This document shows, piece after piece, positions 30,943 through 40,395 of a stretch of 64,000 nucleotides of DNA. This DNA comes from Bacteroidota bacterium (GTDB lineage Bacteria > Bacteroidota > Bacteroidia > Bacteroidales > VadinHA17), in contig DRFJ01000053.1 in assembly GCA_011050615.1 (NCBI GenBank), positions 16,029 through 80,028 on the forward strand, given 5' to 3'. The notes under the pieces are model-generated. The model was not told the origin of the DNA. It worked only from the letters and a program-made list of their open reading frames with translations, and made no database searches. Each line of letters starts with the position of its first letter. Positions within the stretch are counted from its first letter, which is position 1. The position numbers and the translations under genes are program-made.

Positions 30943-32382
30943 ATGAATAGTTTTTTCACAAATATTATTTTTATAATAACCCTTTTTATTATAGGGTCTT
31001 ACCTCCTTCTTGGCATTTTTTCTGCTCTCAGGCTGAGAAAATATCTGCGTAAAAATAGCTTTGTTAATTATAACTCTCTGGTTAGCACTCCTTTAAGTCC
31101 CAGAGTCTCGGTAATTGCCCCGGCTTACAATGAGAGCCAGACAATTATTGATAATGTACGCACCCTGCTATCACTCTATTATAATAATTTTGAGGTAATA
31201 ATAGTAAATGACGGTTCTACGGATGATACCTTTAAAAAAATAAAGGATGCCTATAAGCTTGTAAAGGTTAACTATTATTTTGATTACCGTATACCCTGTG
31301 AGAGGATAAGAGGAGTATACAGGTCAGAAGATCCTTCATTCAACAGGTTAACTGTTATAGATAAAAAGAATGGAGGCAAGGCTGACTCCCTGAATGCAGG
31401 TGTTAATATCTCCAGGAGCCCCTTGGTGGTGAGCATTGATGCAGATTCAATTATTGAACCCGGTTCATTACTTAAGCTTATTAAGCCCTTCCTTGAGATA
31501 AAAGACAGGAAGGTAATTGGTACAGGTGGAGTAATAAGAATAGTAAATTCATGTGATGTGGAGAAGGGTTTTATACGAAGCATTCATATTCCTGAAAAGA
31601 TCCTGCCCCGTCTGCAGGTACTTGAATATACCAGGGCCTTTCTTCTTGGTCGTATGGCATGGAGTCATCTCGACGGGCTCATGCTGATATCGGGAGCCAT
31701 GGGTATGTTTGACAGGGAAACACTTGTAGCGGCAGGAGGATATAGTCTGGATACTGTGGGTGAGGATATGGAGCTTGTTTTAAGAATGAGGCGTTATATG
31801 GCTGAAAAGGAAATCGATTACGAGGTAACTTATATTCCTGATCCGCTGTGCTGGACCGAAGTTCCCTCTGATATTAAGTCCCTGAAACGTCAGCGCACGC
31901 GTTGGACAAGGGGACTGGTTGAATCACTCGCAAAACATAAAAAAATATTCTTGCGGCGTAAATATGGCAGGCTGGGACTTCTGGGCTACCCATACTGGTT
32001 ATTTTTCGAATGGATGGCTCCACTCATTGCTTTCGGAGGTATGGCATACACACTTATACTTGCAATACTGGGGATGCTTAACTGGCCTTTTTTCCTCTTG
32101 CTCTTCCTATTCATTTATTCTTTTGCCGTAAGCCTTTCAACCTGGTCGGTTTTGTTTGAAGAAATTACTTTTCACAAGTATGAAAGAAGACGTGATGTCA
32201 TACGCCTCATAATGGTTGCTTTTTTTGAACCTTTTTTCTATCCCGTTCATGCTACCTTTGCGGTAATAGGCAATATTCAGTACCTGCTGGGGAAACAGGG
32301 ATGGGGAGGCGGAGCCGACAGGCGCGGTTTTGAAATGGAGAATAACAGGCGCAAAAAATTCAATAATAATAATCAGGTATAA
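30943..32382 (+). CDS. processive family-2 glycosyltransferase (PgaC/IcaA/NodC-like polysaccharide synthase)
   Basis: N-terminal TM, then VIAPAYNES, NDGSTDDT, DAD in SIDADS, GEDMEL, and QRTRWTRG (the QxxRW motif). C-terminal TM bundle. No PilZ-like tail. Confidence 0.8.
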   Translation: MNSFFTNIIFIITLFIIGSYLLLGIFSALRLRKYLRKNSFVNYNSLVSTPLSPRVSVIAPAYNESQTIIDNVRTLLSLYYNNFEVIIVNDGSTDDTFKKIKDAYKLVKVNYYFDYRIPCERIRGVYRSEDPSFNRLTVIDKKNGGKADSLNAGVNISRSPLVVSIDADSIIEPGSLLKLIKPFLEIKDRKVIGTGGVIRIVNSCDVEKGFIRSIHIPEKILPRLQVLEYTRAFLLGRMAWSHLDGLMLISGAMGMFDRETLVAAGGYSLDTVGEDMELVLRMRRYMAEKEIDYEVTYIPDPLCWTEVPSDIKSLKRQRTRWTRGLVESLAKHKKIFLRRKYGRLGLLGYPYWLFFEWMAPLIAFGGMAYTLILAILGMLNWPFFLLLFLFIYSFAVSLSTWSVLFEEITFHKYERRRDVIRLIMVAFFEPFFYPVHATFAVIGNIQYLLGKQGWGGGADRRGFEMENNRRKKFNNNNQV

Positions 32383-35083
32383 GCGAAAGTCCGTCCCTTA
32401 CTATACTGAGAGAAGCTTTTTCCCTCTCCGTGGTTGAAGGTACAACCAGCCATCCGGGCCATGTAAAACGCGACAGGGTATTTATGTTTTCACCATTTAA
32501 AACTACACTCAGGGCAATACCGTCACTTTCACTTTCTTCAATTTCCCAGTGGTAGCCACCATCCCATGATGAAGCCCCGTCAATAACAGACATCCTTGTG
32601 GGGTCGAAAAAATGTAAGAGCGTCCACGGCAATTCGATGATGATCTGGTTTTCATTCCAGCTCATTCCCTCACCGAATGCAGGATCAGGGGCAGAGCCAT
32701 ATCCGGTCAGTATATTCCCCGGTACAGTTTCTGAAAAGGTGTAGCCATTATTTATCCATTCTACCCTTTTCCATGCTGCTCCATCACTTACCACAGATCT
32801 GAACTTCTGTATTTCCGGATCGGTAAAGTTAAATCTTGGTGTCAATCCCTTCATATCATATGCTTGAGTAACATACAGGGTTGAAGTATCCCTGCCCCTT
32901 ATACTCTTGAGGAGAAATTCTGCCCTGTTGTTAATCGTAAATTCTCCCGGAAGAACCGATTCCCCGATATCAGAACGGTAAGTGTCAATGGCAACCATTA
33001 TTGAGTCACCTGCGGGTACCTGGTCTCCGGTATCAATGGTTATTTTCAATACCTGGTTGTTACCGCTGGCAGTGATTGAAACCTGACTGTCCGGCTCGCC
33101 ATCAATAGTATATTCATGTTCGGGAAAATCTCTTTCCTGCTCATATCCAATGAGACCAAAATTTTGCTCGGGTGATGCCAGATTGTGCCAGAGCTGACGC
33201 GTATAAATAAATTCATCTCCGGATTTGAATCCGGCAGCTTCAAGATACTGGACTATCCATGTTCTTTTGAACCATTCGTCCATCCATGCAAACATGAAAC
33301 CTCCTCCGCAACCGGCGTTCAATATGTTCCTCATCAATCTTATATTCATCTCACCCTGCTCGGTCTCCGTGTTATCGCCATGGTTCATTCCGCTGAATGA
33401 ATTATGGGCATTCCCCTTTGATGAGGGAACGCCAAATTCTGCAATTACGAGAGGCATATCACCATAATAATTACGAAGATTAATGATATATCCATAATAG
33501 CTGTTGGGACCAATATCATCATAGTAAGTCTGGTATTCAGGTTCATCGCTTACAAAATCGGGATAATAGGGATAGGCATGGTAGCTGGCAAACAGAAGTT
33601 TTTCATTTCCCTGTTCAGTAATAACTTTTATATCGATCGATTCAACATCTTCATCAGTATATATCTCTGTAGGGTGTGTAAGAGGATCAAGTGTGGGCCA
33701 GCTTGATATGCTTACAGGCCTGCCGGATGAATATTCTGTCTGTTCATATTGTATGGTCTCATCAAGCATCCTTGCAAAGAAAACCTCTGAAGGGTCTGCA
33801 TCTGTAACTGAGAAACGGTATCCAATGTAATCCTTTACAGTACTATTAAAAGTATTGGTTGAATCAATTTCCTGGGGAGACACCTCTCTTCCTATTATAT
33901 AAGCTGCCACCCAGGGGGAAATATCAGTACTGTAATCTCCGTAAGCCTTTCCCGGCCTGAAAGGCAGGCTTTTGTTGCCGTGGACACAATCTATAAGCTC
34001 ATGAATGCTTTCCCTGAACTGCTGTTCTCTCCTGAACAGGTCGTATTCATCCGCTGAGCTTCCGTCATTAATTTCATCGAGCCATATTCCCTGGAAGAGG
34101 AAGAGTGGGTCGGAAGGATTCTCAGCGTTGTATTCGGCAAGCTTTTCATAAAAAACCGGAGGATGAAGTGTATATACCCTGATTGCATTGAAGCCTGTTT
34201 CGGCCATCATTCTGATCCACCTCTCATAGGTTTCTCCAGGAATTGCGTATGCAATCTCGCCCGGGAAGTAGCCTGGAGGTGATGAACCAAGGTTTATTCC
34301 CTTAAGGATAATAGGAAGGTAGCCCGTACCATCCCTTTTCCCTATATGGTCACCAGATATGGCGTATGGCATGTTATCCAGTGGCATGAGTGTGAAATTA
34401 ATTACCGTATCTGTCGTGAAAGTTATTCCCGTATGGCGAAGGCTATGATAACCTTCTGCGCTAACAGTTGTTAAAGCCTGAAGGATCCCCGGTATGGTTG
34501 CTCCCATGTTTTCATACCCTGGAATATTAAATGATTCAATATATGCCAGCCCGCTTCCCGCATTTTTATTCCCGGTTATAACTATACGGCCTGACACTGT
34601 TTTACCACCATATGTAAGGGCATAGATATAAAACCCGGCTCCGGTTCCGGAACCGGCTACCCTGGAACCGTCCCAGACCACCCGGTAGCTGCCGGCATCC
34701 AGGTTGCTGAATTCTTTTTCAAATACTTTTGCACCGGAAAGGCTATACACAGAGAAGCTGACATCTCCCGGTGACGGGACGGATATCGGGATCCTTACAA
34801 TGCCGTCAGAAGGATTGGGAAAGGGGGGCCAGGTCCTGAATCCTGCTTCCTCACCCTGGTACGTGCCATGTATAGTAATCGAATAATAGCCATTAGTACC
34901 TGAGCGGGCAGCAAAGTGTTTTGAATATATTTCATAGTCAACAAGGGCATTCTCTATCCCTCTTCCCCGGGAATTGGTTACCCTGCCGGTGATGGTGATA
35001 TCTTCTCCCCGGACCGATGGTAACAGCATGAAAAAAAGAAGACTGAAAAAAGTCAGATGCCTGGTGGTAATTATATTTCTCAT
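32360..35083 (-). CDS. secreted multidomain putative glycoside hydrolase (clan GH-A-like TIM barrel)
   Basis: Start taken at MRNIITTRHLTFF (signal peptide). The N-terminus has a CarboxypepD_reg-like module (ITITGRVTNSRG) and an FlgD/T9SS-like Ig module (PNPSDGIVRI...YSLSGAKV...GSYRVVWDG). The core contains NAIRVYTLHP, IIGREV and VIAEFGVPS, reminiscent of (beta/alpha)8 hydrolases. Confidence 0.5.
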   Translation of the reverse strand: MRNIITTRHLTFFSLLFFMLLPSVRGEDITITGRVTNSRGRGIENALVDYEIYSKHFAARSGTNGYYSITIHGTYQGEEAGFRTWPPFPNPSDGIVRIPISVPSPGDVSFSVYSLSGAKVFEKEFSNLDAGSYRVVWDGSRVAGSGTGAGFYIYALTYGGKTVSGRIVITGNKNAGSGLAYIESFNIPGYENMGATIPGILQALTTVSAEGYHSLRHTGITFTTDTVINFTLMPLDNMPYAISGDHIGKRDGTGYLPIILKGINLGSSPPGYFPGEIAYAIPGETYERWIRMMAETGFNAIRVYTLHPPVFYEKLAEYNAENPSDPLFLFQGIWLDEINDGSSADEYDLFRREQQFRESIHELIDCVHGNKSLPFRPGKAYGDYSTDISPWVAAYIIGREVSPQEIDSTNTFNSTVKDYIGYRFSVTDADPSEVFFARMLDETIQYEQTEYSSGRPVSISSWPTLDPLTHPTEIYTDEDVESIDIKVITEQGNEKLLFASYHAYPYYPDFVSDEPEYQTYYDDIGPNSYYGYIINLRNYYGDMPLVIAEFGVPSSKGNAHNSFSGMNHGDNTETEQGEMNIRLMRNILNAGCGGGFMFAWMDEWFKRTWIVQYLEAAGFKSGDEFIYTRQLWHNLASPEQNFGLIGYEQERDFPEHEYTIDGEPDSQVSITASGNNQVLKITIDTGDQVPAGDSIMVAIDTYRSDIGESVLPGEFTINNRAEFLLKSIRGRDTSTLYVTQAYDMKGLTPRFNFTDPEIQKFRSVVSDGAAWKRVEWINNGYTFSETVPGNILTGYGSAPDPAFGEGMSWNENQIIIELPWTLLHFFDPTRMSVIDGASSWDGGYHWEIEESESDGIALSVVLNGENINTLSRFTWPGWLVVPSTTEREKASLSIVRDGLSLIPDYYY

Positions 35084-35253
35084 GTTTGCCTTTATGAAGT
35101 AAGCACCCGGACCCTGGTCCAAAGATAGTATATTATGATTCTTTCTCAAAAACGGGCCTCTTTAAAAATTTGTATGTTTTATGGAATTTTCCCTGAACCT
35201 TCCTTCTTTGAATATTATAGCTTAATTGGTATATTCGTTGCAAACTCTTTTGA

Positions 35254-36486
35254 ATGGCCCTGAACTATATCTGGATAGCTTTTTTCATTCTTGCCTTTAT
35301 TTTTGCCCTCGGGCAGCTGATCTTTACGGGCAATACACAGGTCTTTTCTGATATGGTAAACGAAACCTTTGCCAGTGCAAAAACAGGATTCGAAATTTCA
35401 CTGGGATTGACAGGTGTTCTGACATTATGGATGGGTTTAATGAAGATAGGGGAAAAAGGAGGAATGGTAAAGATGCTTTCAAAAATTATTGGGCCATTTT
35501 TCAGCCGTATATTTCCTGAACTACCCAGGGAGCATCCTGCCTACGGGTCTATAATTATGAACCTGGCTGCAAATATGCTGGGGCTTGATAATGCGGCTAC
35601 ACCGATGGGACTGAAAGCCATGGGTGAGATGCAGGAGGTTAACAGTAAGAAGGATACAGCCTCCAATTCCCAGATCATGTTCCTTGTGCTGAATACTTCA
35701 GGTTTAACTATCATACCGGTAAGTATTATGGTTTTCAGGGCACAGCTTGGAGCTGCAAATCCTGCCGATATATTTATTCCCATCCTTCTGGCTACTTTTT
35801 TTTCAACAATAGCCGGGCTGGTGTCAGTGTCAGTAATGCAAAAAATTAACTTGTTCGACAGGGTTATCCTGGCTTACCTGGGTGGAATGACTGCATTCAT
35901 AGTAGCTGTTATTTGGTATTTCAGCTCATTGCCAAAAGAAGATATCACCAGGATCTCAACCTTCGCAGCCAATTTTATACTTTTTGTCGTAATAATCGCA
36001 TTTATTGTCCTGGGACTGGTAAAAAAAATTAATGTGTATGAAACATTTATTGAAGGAGCCAAAGACGGTTTTAAGATAGCTGTAAGAATTATACCTTTTC
36101 TTGTTGCCATACTCGTGGCAATAGGTGTATTCAGGGCTTCCGGGGCAATGGATATGCTGATAAACGGACTAAAATTTCTTCTTGGCAGCATAGGTATGGA
36201 TACCAGTTTTACCGGTGCCCTGCCTACCGCACTGATGAAACCTCTAAGTGGAGCAGGCGCCAGGGGAATGATGGTTGATGCCATGACTACCTATGGAGCT
36301 GATTCTTTTGTTGGAAGACTGGCATCTACGGTACAGGGCGCAACCGATACCACTTTTTACATAATTGCAGTTTATTTTGGATCGGTAGGAATAAAAAATA
36401 CGAGGTATGCAGTAAGCTGCGGGCTGATAGCTGATTTTGCAGGGATAATAGCGGCCATATTTATAGCTTATTTGTTTTTTGCTTAA
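35254..36486 (+). CDS. nucleoside-recognition domain membrane protein (fused SpmA/SpmB-like)
   Basis: 410 aa polytopic membrane protein. Two Gate-like halves with GLDNAATPMG and SGAGARGMM. Confidence 0.6.
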   Translation: MALNYIWIAFFILAFIFALGQLIFTGNTQVFSDMVNETFASAKTGFEISLGLTGVLTLWMGLMKIGEKGGMVKMLSKIIGPFFSRIFPELPREHPAYGSIIMNLAANMLGLDNAATPMGLKAMGEMQEVNSKKDTASNSQIMFLVLNTSGLTIIPVSIMVFRAQLGAANPADIFIPILLATFFSTIAGLVSVSVMQKINLFDRVILAYLGGMTAFIVAVIWYFSSLPKEDITRISTFAANFILFVVIIAFIVLGLVKKINVYETFIEGAKDGFKIAVRIIPFLVAILVAIGVFRASGAMDMLINGLKFLLGSIGMDTSFTGALPTALMKPLSGAGARGMMVDAMTTYGADSFVGRLASTVQGATDTTFYIIAVYFGSVGIKNTRYAVSCGLIADFAGIIAAIFIAYLFFA

Positions 36487-36598
36487 TGAATGTTAGATAT
36501 TATCAGGAAGGAGCCTGGAAGCCTGAACCGGCAAATAATCAGAGCGCAGTTTGTGCAAAAAACACAGAATCAGTGATATAGAATAAAATTTCTTAGTA

Positions 36599-37501
36599 AT
36601 GAATACAGAGTACAGGAATTTTTTCTCTATGGGAACCAGGCTGGATGCCGTATTCATAAATATTGGGGATGAAAAGGCTGATATACTGGCCACCCGCCTC
36701 AGCAATGAACTGGATAAACTCGAAAATATTTTGAGCAATTACAAAGCTGACAGTGAACTGTCTATACTCAACAGAACTGCTTATGGAAATGATATTGATG
36801 TAAGCCCCTGCCTCTTTGATACTATCACTTTATGTATTGATTATTATGGGATGACAAATGGTGTTTTTGACCCTGGAAAGGGTAAACTGACGGGATCTGA
36901 TTCCAGGAAGAAAAGAAGAAAAGAATCTGAAATATATTTTCTGATTGAATCATCAGGAATAGGCCTGGTGGAGCTTAATAAGAGCCGTAAAACAGTCAGA
37001 TATCATGGTGAGAATGTGAAAATAGACTCCGGTGGCTTTGGTAAGGGACTGGCAATCAAAAGAGTAAAGGAAATACTTGTATCTGAAGGAATAAATAATG
37101 CACTCATCAGTTTCGGTGAAAGTTCGGTACTTGCTCTCGGAGCACATCCTCATGGTAACCACTGGCCAATTGCTGTCACTGATATTTATAAAAAGCAATC
37201 AGTCGCCAGATTGGCCGGGCTCACCAACAAGAGCATCTCAACTTCGGGAACTGGTTTTGTGAATGATAAGGGTATATTTACACCCTCTTATAATGTTTTT
37301 GATCCGCGAACAGGAGAATCTGTAGATGAACCACGCACGGTATCAGTTATTTCCGATGATCCCCTGGAGGCTGAAATTCTGTCAACTTCCCTTTTGATTG
37401 ACTTTGATTGTCTGGCAGGTGGCTTTGACAGATCAGGTAAAGAAGCCTTTGCCGTAATTTATGATCTAAGGAAGAATTTTGTCGTCACGGAAATTTTTTA
37501 A
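36599..37501 (+). CDS. ApbE-family FAD:protein FMN transferase (no signal peptide visible)
   Basis: 300 aa. FSMGTRLDAVF near the N-terminus and DSGGFGKGLA. It begins directly with the catalytic core, without a lipobox. Confidence 0.7.
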   Translation: MNTEYRNFFSMGTRLDAVFINIGDEKADILATRLSNELDKLENILSNYKADSELSILNRTAYGNDIDVSPCLFDTITLCIDYYGMTNGVFDPGKGKLTGSDSRKKRRKESEIYFLIESSGIGLVELNKSRKTVRYHGENVKIDSGGFGKGLAIKRVKEILVSEGINNALISFGESSVLALGAHPHGNHWPIAVTDIYKKQSVARLAGLTNKSISTSGTGFVNDKGIFTPSYNVFDPRTGESVDEPRTVSVISDDPLEAEILSTSLLIDFDCLAGGFDRSGKEAFAVIYDLRKNFVVTEIF

Positions 37502-37547
37502 TTATTCCCTTCAGGGTATCTTTACATATTAACTCAATTGTAATCAA

Positions 37548-38804
37548 ATGACTTACAAACAATCCAGACGGATATTTCTTCAGAAGACAGCTCTTATTAC
37601 CGGGGGACTTTTCCTGGGCTCCCATTTACCCGATCTGAGAACTCTGGCAGCGGACCAGGGGGAAACAACTGAAGAGGTGAAGCTGGGACTGATAGGCAGC
37701 GGCTCACGCGGCCAGTATTTAATGGATCATCTGAACCTGATTCCGGGGATTGAGGTAGTGGCCGTTTGTGACAATTACCAACCCAATCTTACTATGGGAG
37801 TTCAAAAGACTGGTGGTAAGGCAGAGGCTTTCACTGACTACAGGAAGCTCCTTGAAAGAAGAGATATTGACGGAGTTATTATCGCTACCCCTTTACACCT
37901 GCATTCGCTGATGTCTGTTGATGCTCTGCAGGCAGGGCTGCATGTTTTTTGTGAAAAGGCAATGGCCAAAACCCCCCGTGAGTGCCTTGATATGTATAAA
38001 ACACAGCTTCAAACAGGAAAGATTTTGCTTATCGGTCACCAGAGGATGTTTAACCCGAGGTATCTGAAAGCCTTTGAGATGATAAACAGTGGACAGCTTG
38101 GCGACATAACACAGATACGGGCTTACTGGCACAGAAATAACGACTGGAGAAGAGCAGTGCCTGAACCAGGCCTCGAAAGAAAGATAAACTGGAGACTGTA
38201 CTGGGAATATTCGGAGGGACTTATGACAGAGCTGGGAAGTCATCAGATACAGGTGGCAAATTTTATTAAAAAGGATTTTCCCCGCAGGGTGGCCGGTACG
38301 GGTAGTATAAATTACTGGCACGATGGAAGGGAAGTATTTGATAATGTGAACCTGGTATATGAATACCCCGACGGATCAACACTAATCTATGATTCAATGA
38401 TAAGCAATGCTCACTACGGCCTGGAAGAACAGGTTATGGGCCCAAAAGGCACTATGGAACTTGAAACGGGAAAAATGTATTCAGAAAATCCTCCCCCGGC
38501 ACCTGGCATATTGCAACTGCTTAATAATATTGAACATAAGATCTTTGATCCCCTCCCTCTCGGTGGTAAAAGCTGGGTGCCTGAAACAGCCCGGGAAGCG
38601 AAGGGTGAGTATATCTATGAAGTGGACCTTGAAGACGATGGCACTGCACTCGAAATGGAAGGCTTTGCACAGATGATAAGGGAAAACCGTCATAGCGATA
38701 TCTTACTCAGGGAAGCATATTATGGCGCCATAGCTGCCTTGCTGGGTAATGAGGCCATAAAGAAAGGCGAAATGATAACATTCCCTGAGGAATATATTTT
38801 ATAA
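37548..38804 (+). CDS. TAT-exported Gfo/Idh/MocA family oxidoreductase
   Basis: Twin-arginine leader SRRIFLQKTALITGGLF. GLIGSGSRG Rossmann motif. CEKAM. Confidence 0.8.
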   Translation: MTYKQSRRIFLQKTALITGGLFLGSHLPDLRTLAADQGETTEEVKLGLIGSGSRGQYLMDHLNLIPGIEVVAVCDNYQPNLTMGVQKTGGKAEAFTDYRKLLERRDIDGVIIATPLHLHSLMSVDALQAGLHVFCEKAMAKTPRECLDMYKTQLQTGKILLIGHQRMFNPRYLKAFEMINSGQLGDITQIRAYWHRNNDWRRAVPEPGLERKINWRLYWEYSEGLMTELGSHQIQVANFIKKDFPRRVAGTGSINYWHDGREVFDNVNLVYEYPDGSTLIYDSMISNAHYGLEEQVMGPKGTMELETGKMYSENPPPAPGILQLLNNIEHKIFDPLPLGGKSWVPETAREAKGEYIYEVDLEDDGTALEMEGFAQMIRENRHSDILLREAYYGAIAALLGNEAIKKGEMITFPEEYIL

Positions 38805-38815
38805 AGACTGTAATT

Positions 38816-39067
38816 ATGAAAGACCTCGTGATAAAAGGAAGCTGGATAAGAAGAGAACTTATTATACTGGCAATTATATTCTTATTTGCAGTAGTGGTTA
38901 ATGTTATAGGTATAATCAAACACGATACAGGGTGGATTGAGCTTCTCAGCCAGCTCCATGTGGTGTTTATATTAATGTTTATATTATATGCACTGCTCTG
39001 GTTGCTCAGGTTAATAATTTACCTGGTGACATTTCCCTTCAGAAACAAAAAAAACAGTAAGACATGA
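38816..39067 (+). CDS. small two-TM membrane protein
   Basis: 83 aa with two hydrophobic helices. Tightly packed between the neighbouring genes, with a 4-nt overlap to the next gene. Confidence 0.4.
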   Translation: MKDLVIKGSWIRRELIILAIIFLFAVVVNVIGIIKHDTGWIELLSQLHVVFILMFILYALLWLLRLIIYLVTFPFRNKKNSKT

Positions 39068-40386
39068 AAGAATCGGTATTATTAATCCTTCTTGCAGGAC
39101 TGACACTGGCTTCATGTAACGAAAAGGATCCCTGGACTGATCTTATCGGGGATAATCCTGATAACTGGGAACAGTTGAACGGACGAGCCGTGTACAAGCT
39201 TGTAGATGGGACGATAGAAGGCAGAACCGTGATAAATTCACCAAATTCATTTCTGTGTACCAGGGAGCATTATGATGATTTCATTCTTGAGTTTGAGGTA
39301 CTCATTGACCCGCCAATAAACTCGGGAGTTCAGATCCGTAGCCTTAGCCTTTCCGGCTATGACAATGGCAGGGTGCATGGCTACCAGGTTGAGATTGACC
39401 CGGAGCCAAGAGCATGGTCGGGTGGTATCTTTGATGAAGCAAGGAGATTGTGGCTTTATCCGCTCGACCGTAATCCGGAAGGCCGTAAAGCTTTTGTTAA
39501 TGGTCAGTTTAATCATTTCAGGGTTGAGGCTATCGGTAACAGTATAAGAACATGGTGCAATGGCATTCCATGTGCCGACCTGGTTGATGATATGACTGCT
39601 TCCGGATTTATAGGCCTGCAGGTTCACAGTATCGGCGCTGACAGCTCTAAGGCTGGAAAAAAGGTTATATGGAAAAATATCAGGATAATTACTGAAGATG
39701 TAGAATCATATGCAAGTCCGTATACTAAGGAGATTCCGGAGAACAGTTATCTTGTCAATACCCTGAGTTCAAGAGAAATGGAAGAAGGATGGAAATTACT
39801 CTTTGACGGGAATACCGCTAACGGATGGCAGTCAGTTGATAAAGAGCCTTTCCCCGTCCGGGGATGGATTATTGAGGAAGGAGAGATCAGAAGAACAGGC
39901 CCGGGGAAAGATATAATCACTGATAATACTTTCAGCAATTTCGAGCTTATTCTGGACTTTAAATACCTGAATGGAGCTAACAGCGGCATCAAATATTTTG
40001 TTAGCGGTGAAAATGAAGATGATCCTTATTTTAACCTGTGTTGCGAGTACCAGATTATTGACGGGAGAGCTTTCGCCTCTTTGCCCGGGAAGGAAAGGAT
40101 AGGAGGATTGTATGATCTTATCAGCCCTCTTAATCCGATGGATAACGGTCCGGGTATATGGAACAGGGCAAGGATAGTGGTTAAGGACAGCCATGTTGAA
40201 CACTGGCTTAATAACCAGATGACGCTTGAATATTACAGGGGAGGCGATCAGTGGAAAGAATTGATTGCAGGAAGCAAGTTCAGTAATGTGCCCGCCTTTG
40301 GCGAGGCGGAGGAAGGCCACATACTCTTGCAGAACCATGAGGGCTCTGAAGTATATTTCCGAAGTATCAAGATCAGGGAACTTTAA
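39064..40386 (+). CDS. lipoprotein with two tandem DUF1080 (3-keto-disaccharide hydrolase-like) domains
   Basis: Lipobox LTLASC. Two repeats of the jelly-roll pattern (W..L.G...Y.L.DG...G; GLQVH / LLQNH; ...F[KR][NS]I[RK]I). Confidence 0.7.
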   Translation: MKESVLLILLAGLTLASCNEKDPWTDLIGDNPDNWEQLNGRAVYKLVDGTIEGRTVINSPNSFLCTREHYDDFILEFEVLIDPPINSGVQIRSLSLSGYDNGRVHGYQVEIDPEPRAWSGGIFDEARRLWLYPLDRNPEGRKAFVNGQFNHFRVEAIGNSIRTWCNGIPCADLVDDMTASGFIGLQVHSIGADSSKAGKKVIWKNIRIITEDVESYASPYTKEIPENSYLVNTLSSREMEEGWKLLFDGNTANGWQSVDKEPFPVRGWIIEEGEIRRTGPGKDIITDNTFSNFELILDFKYLNGANSGIKYFVSGENEDDPYFNLCCEYQIIDGRAFASLPGKERIGGLYDLISPLNPMDNGPGIWNRARIVVKDSHVEHWLNNQMTLEYYRGGDQWKELIAGSKFSNVPAFGEAEEGHILLQNHEGSEVYFRSIKIREL

Positions 40387-40395
40387 AATATTATT

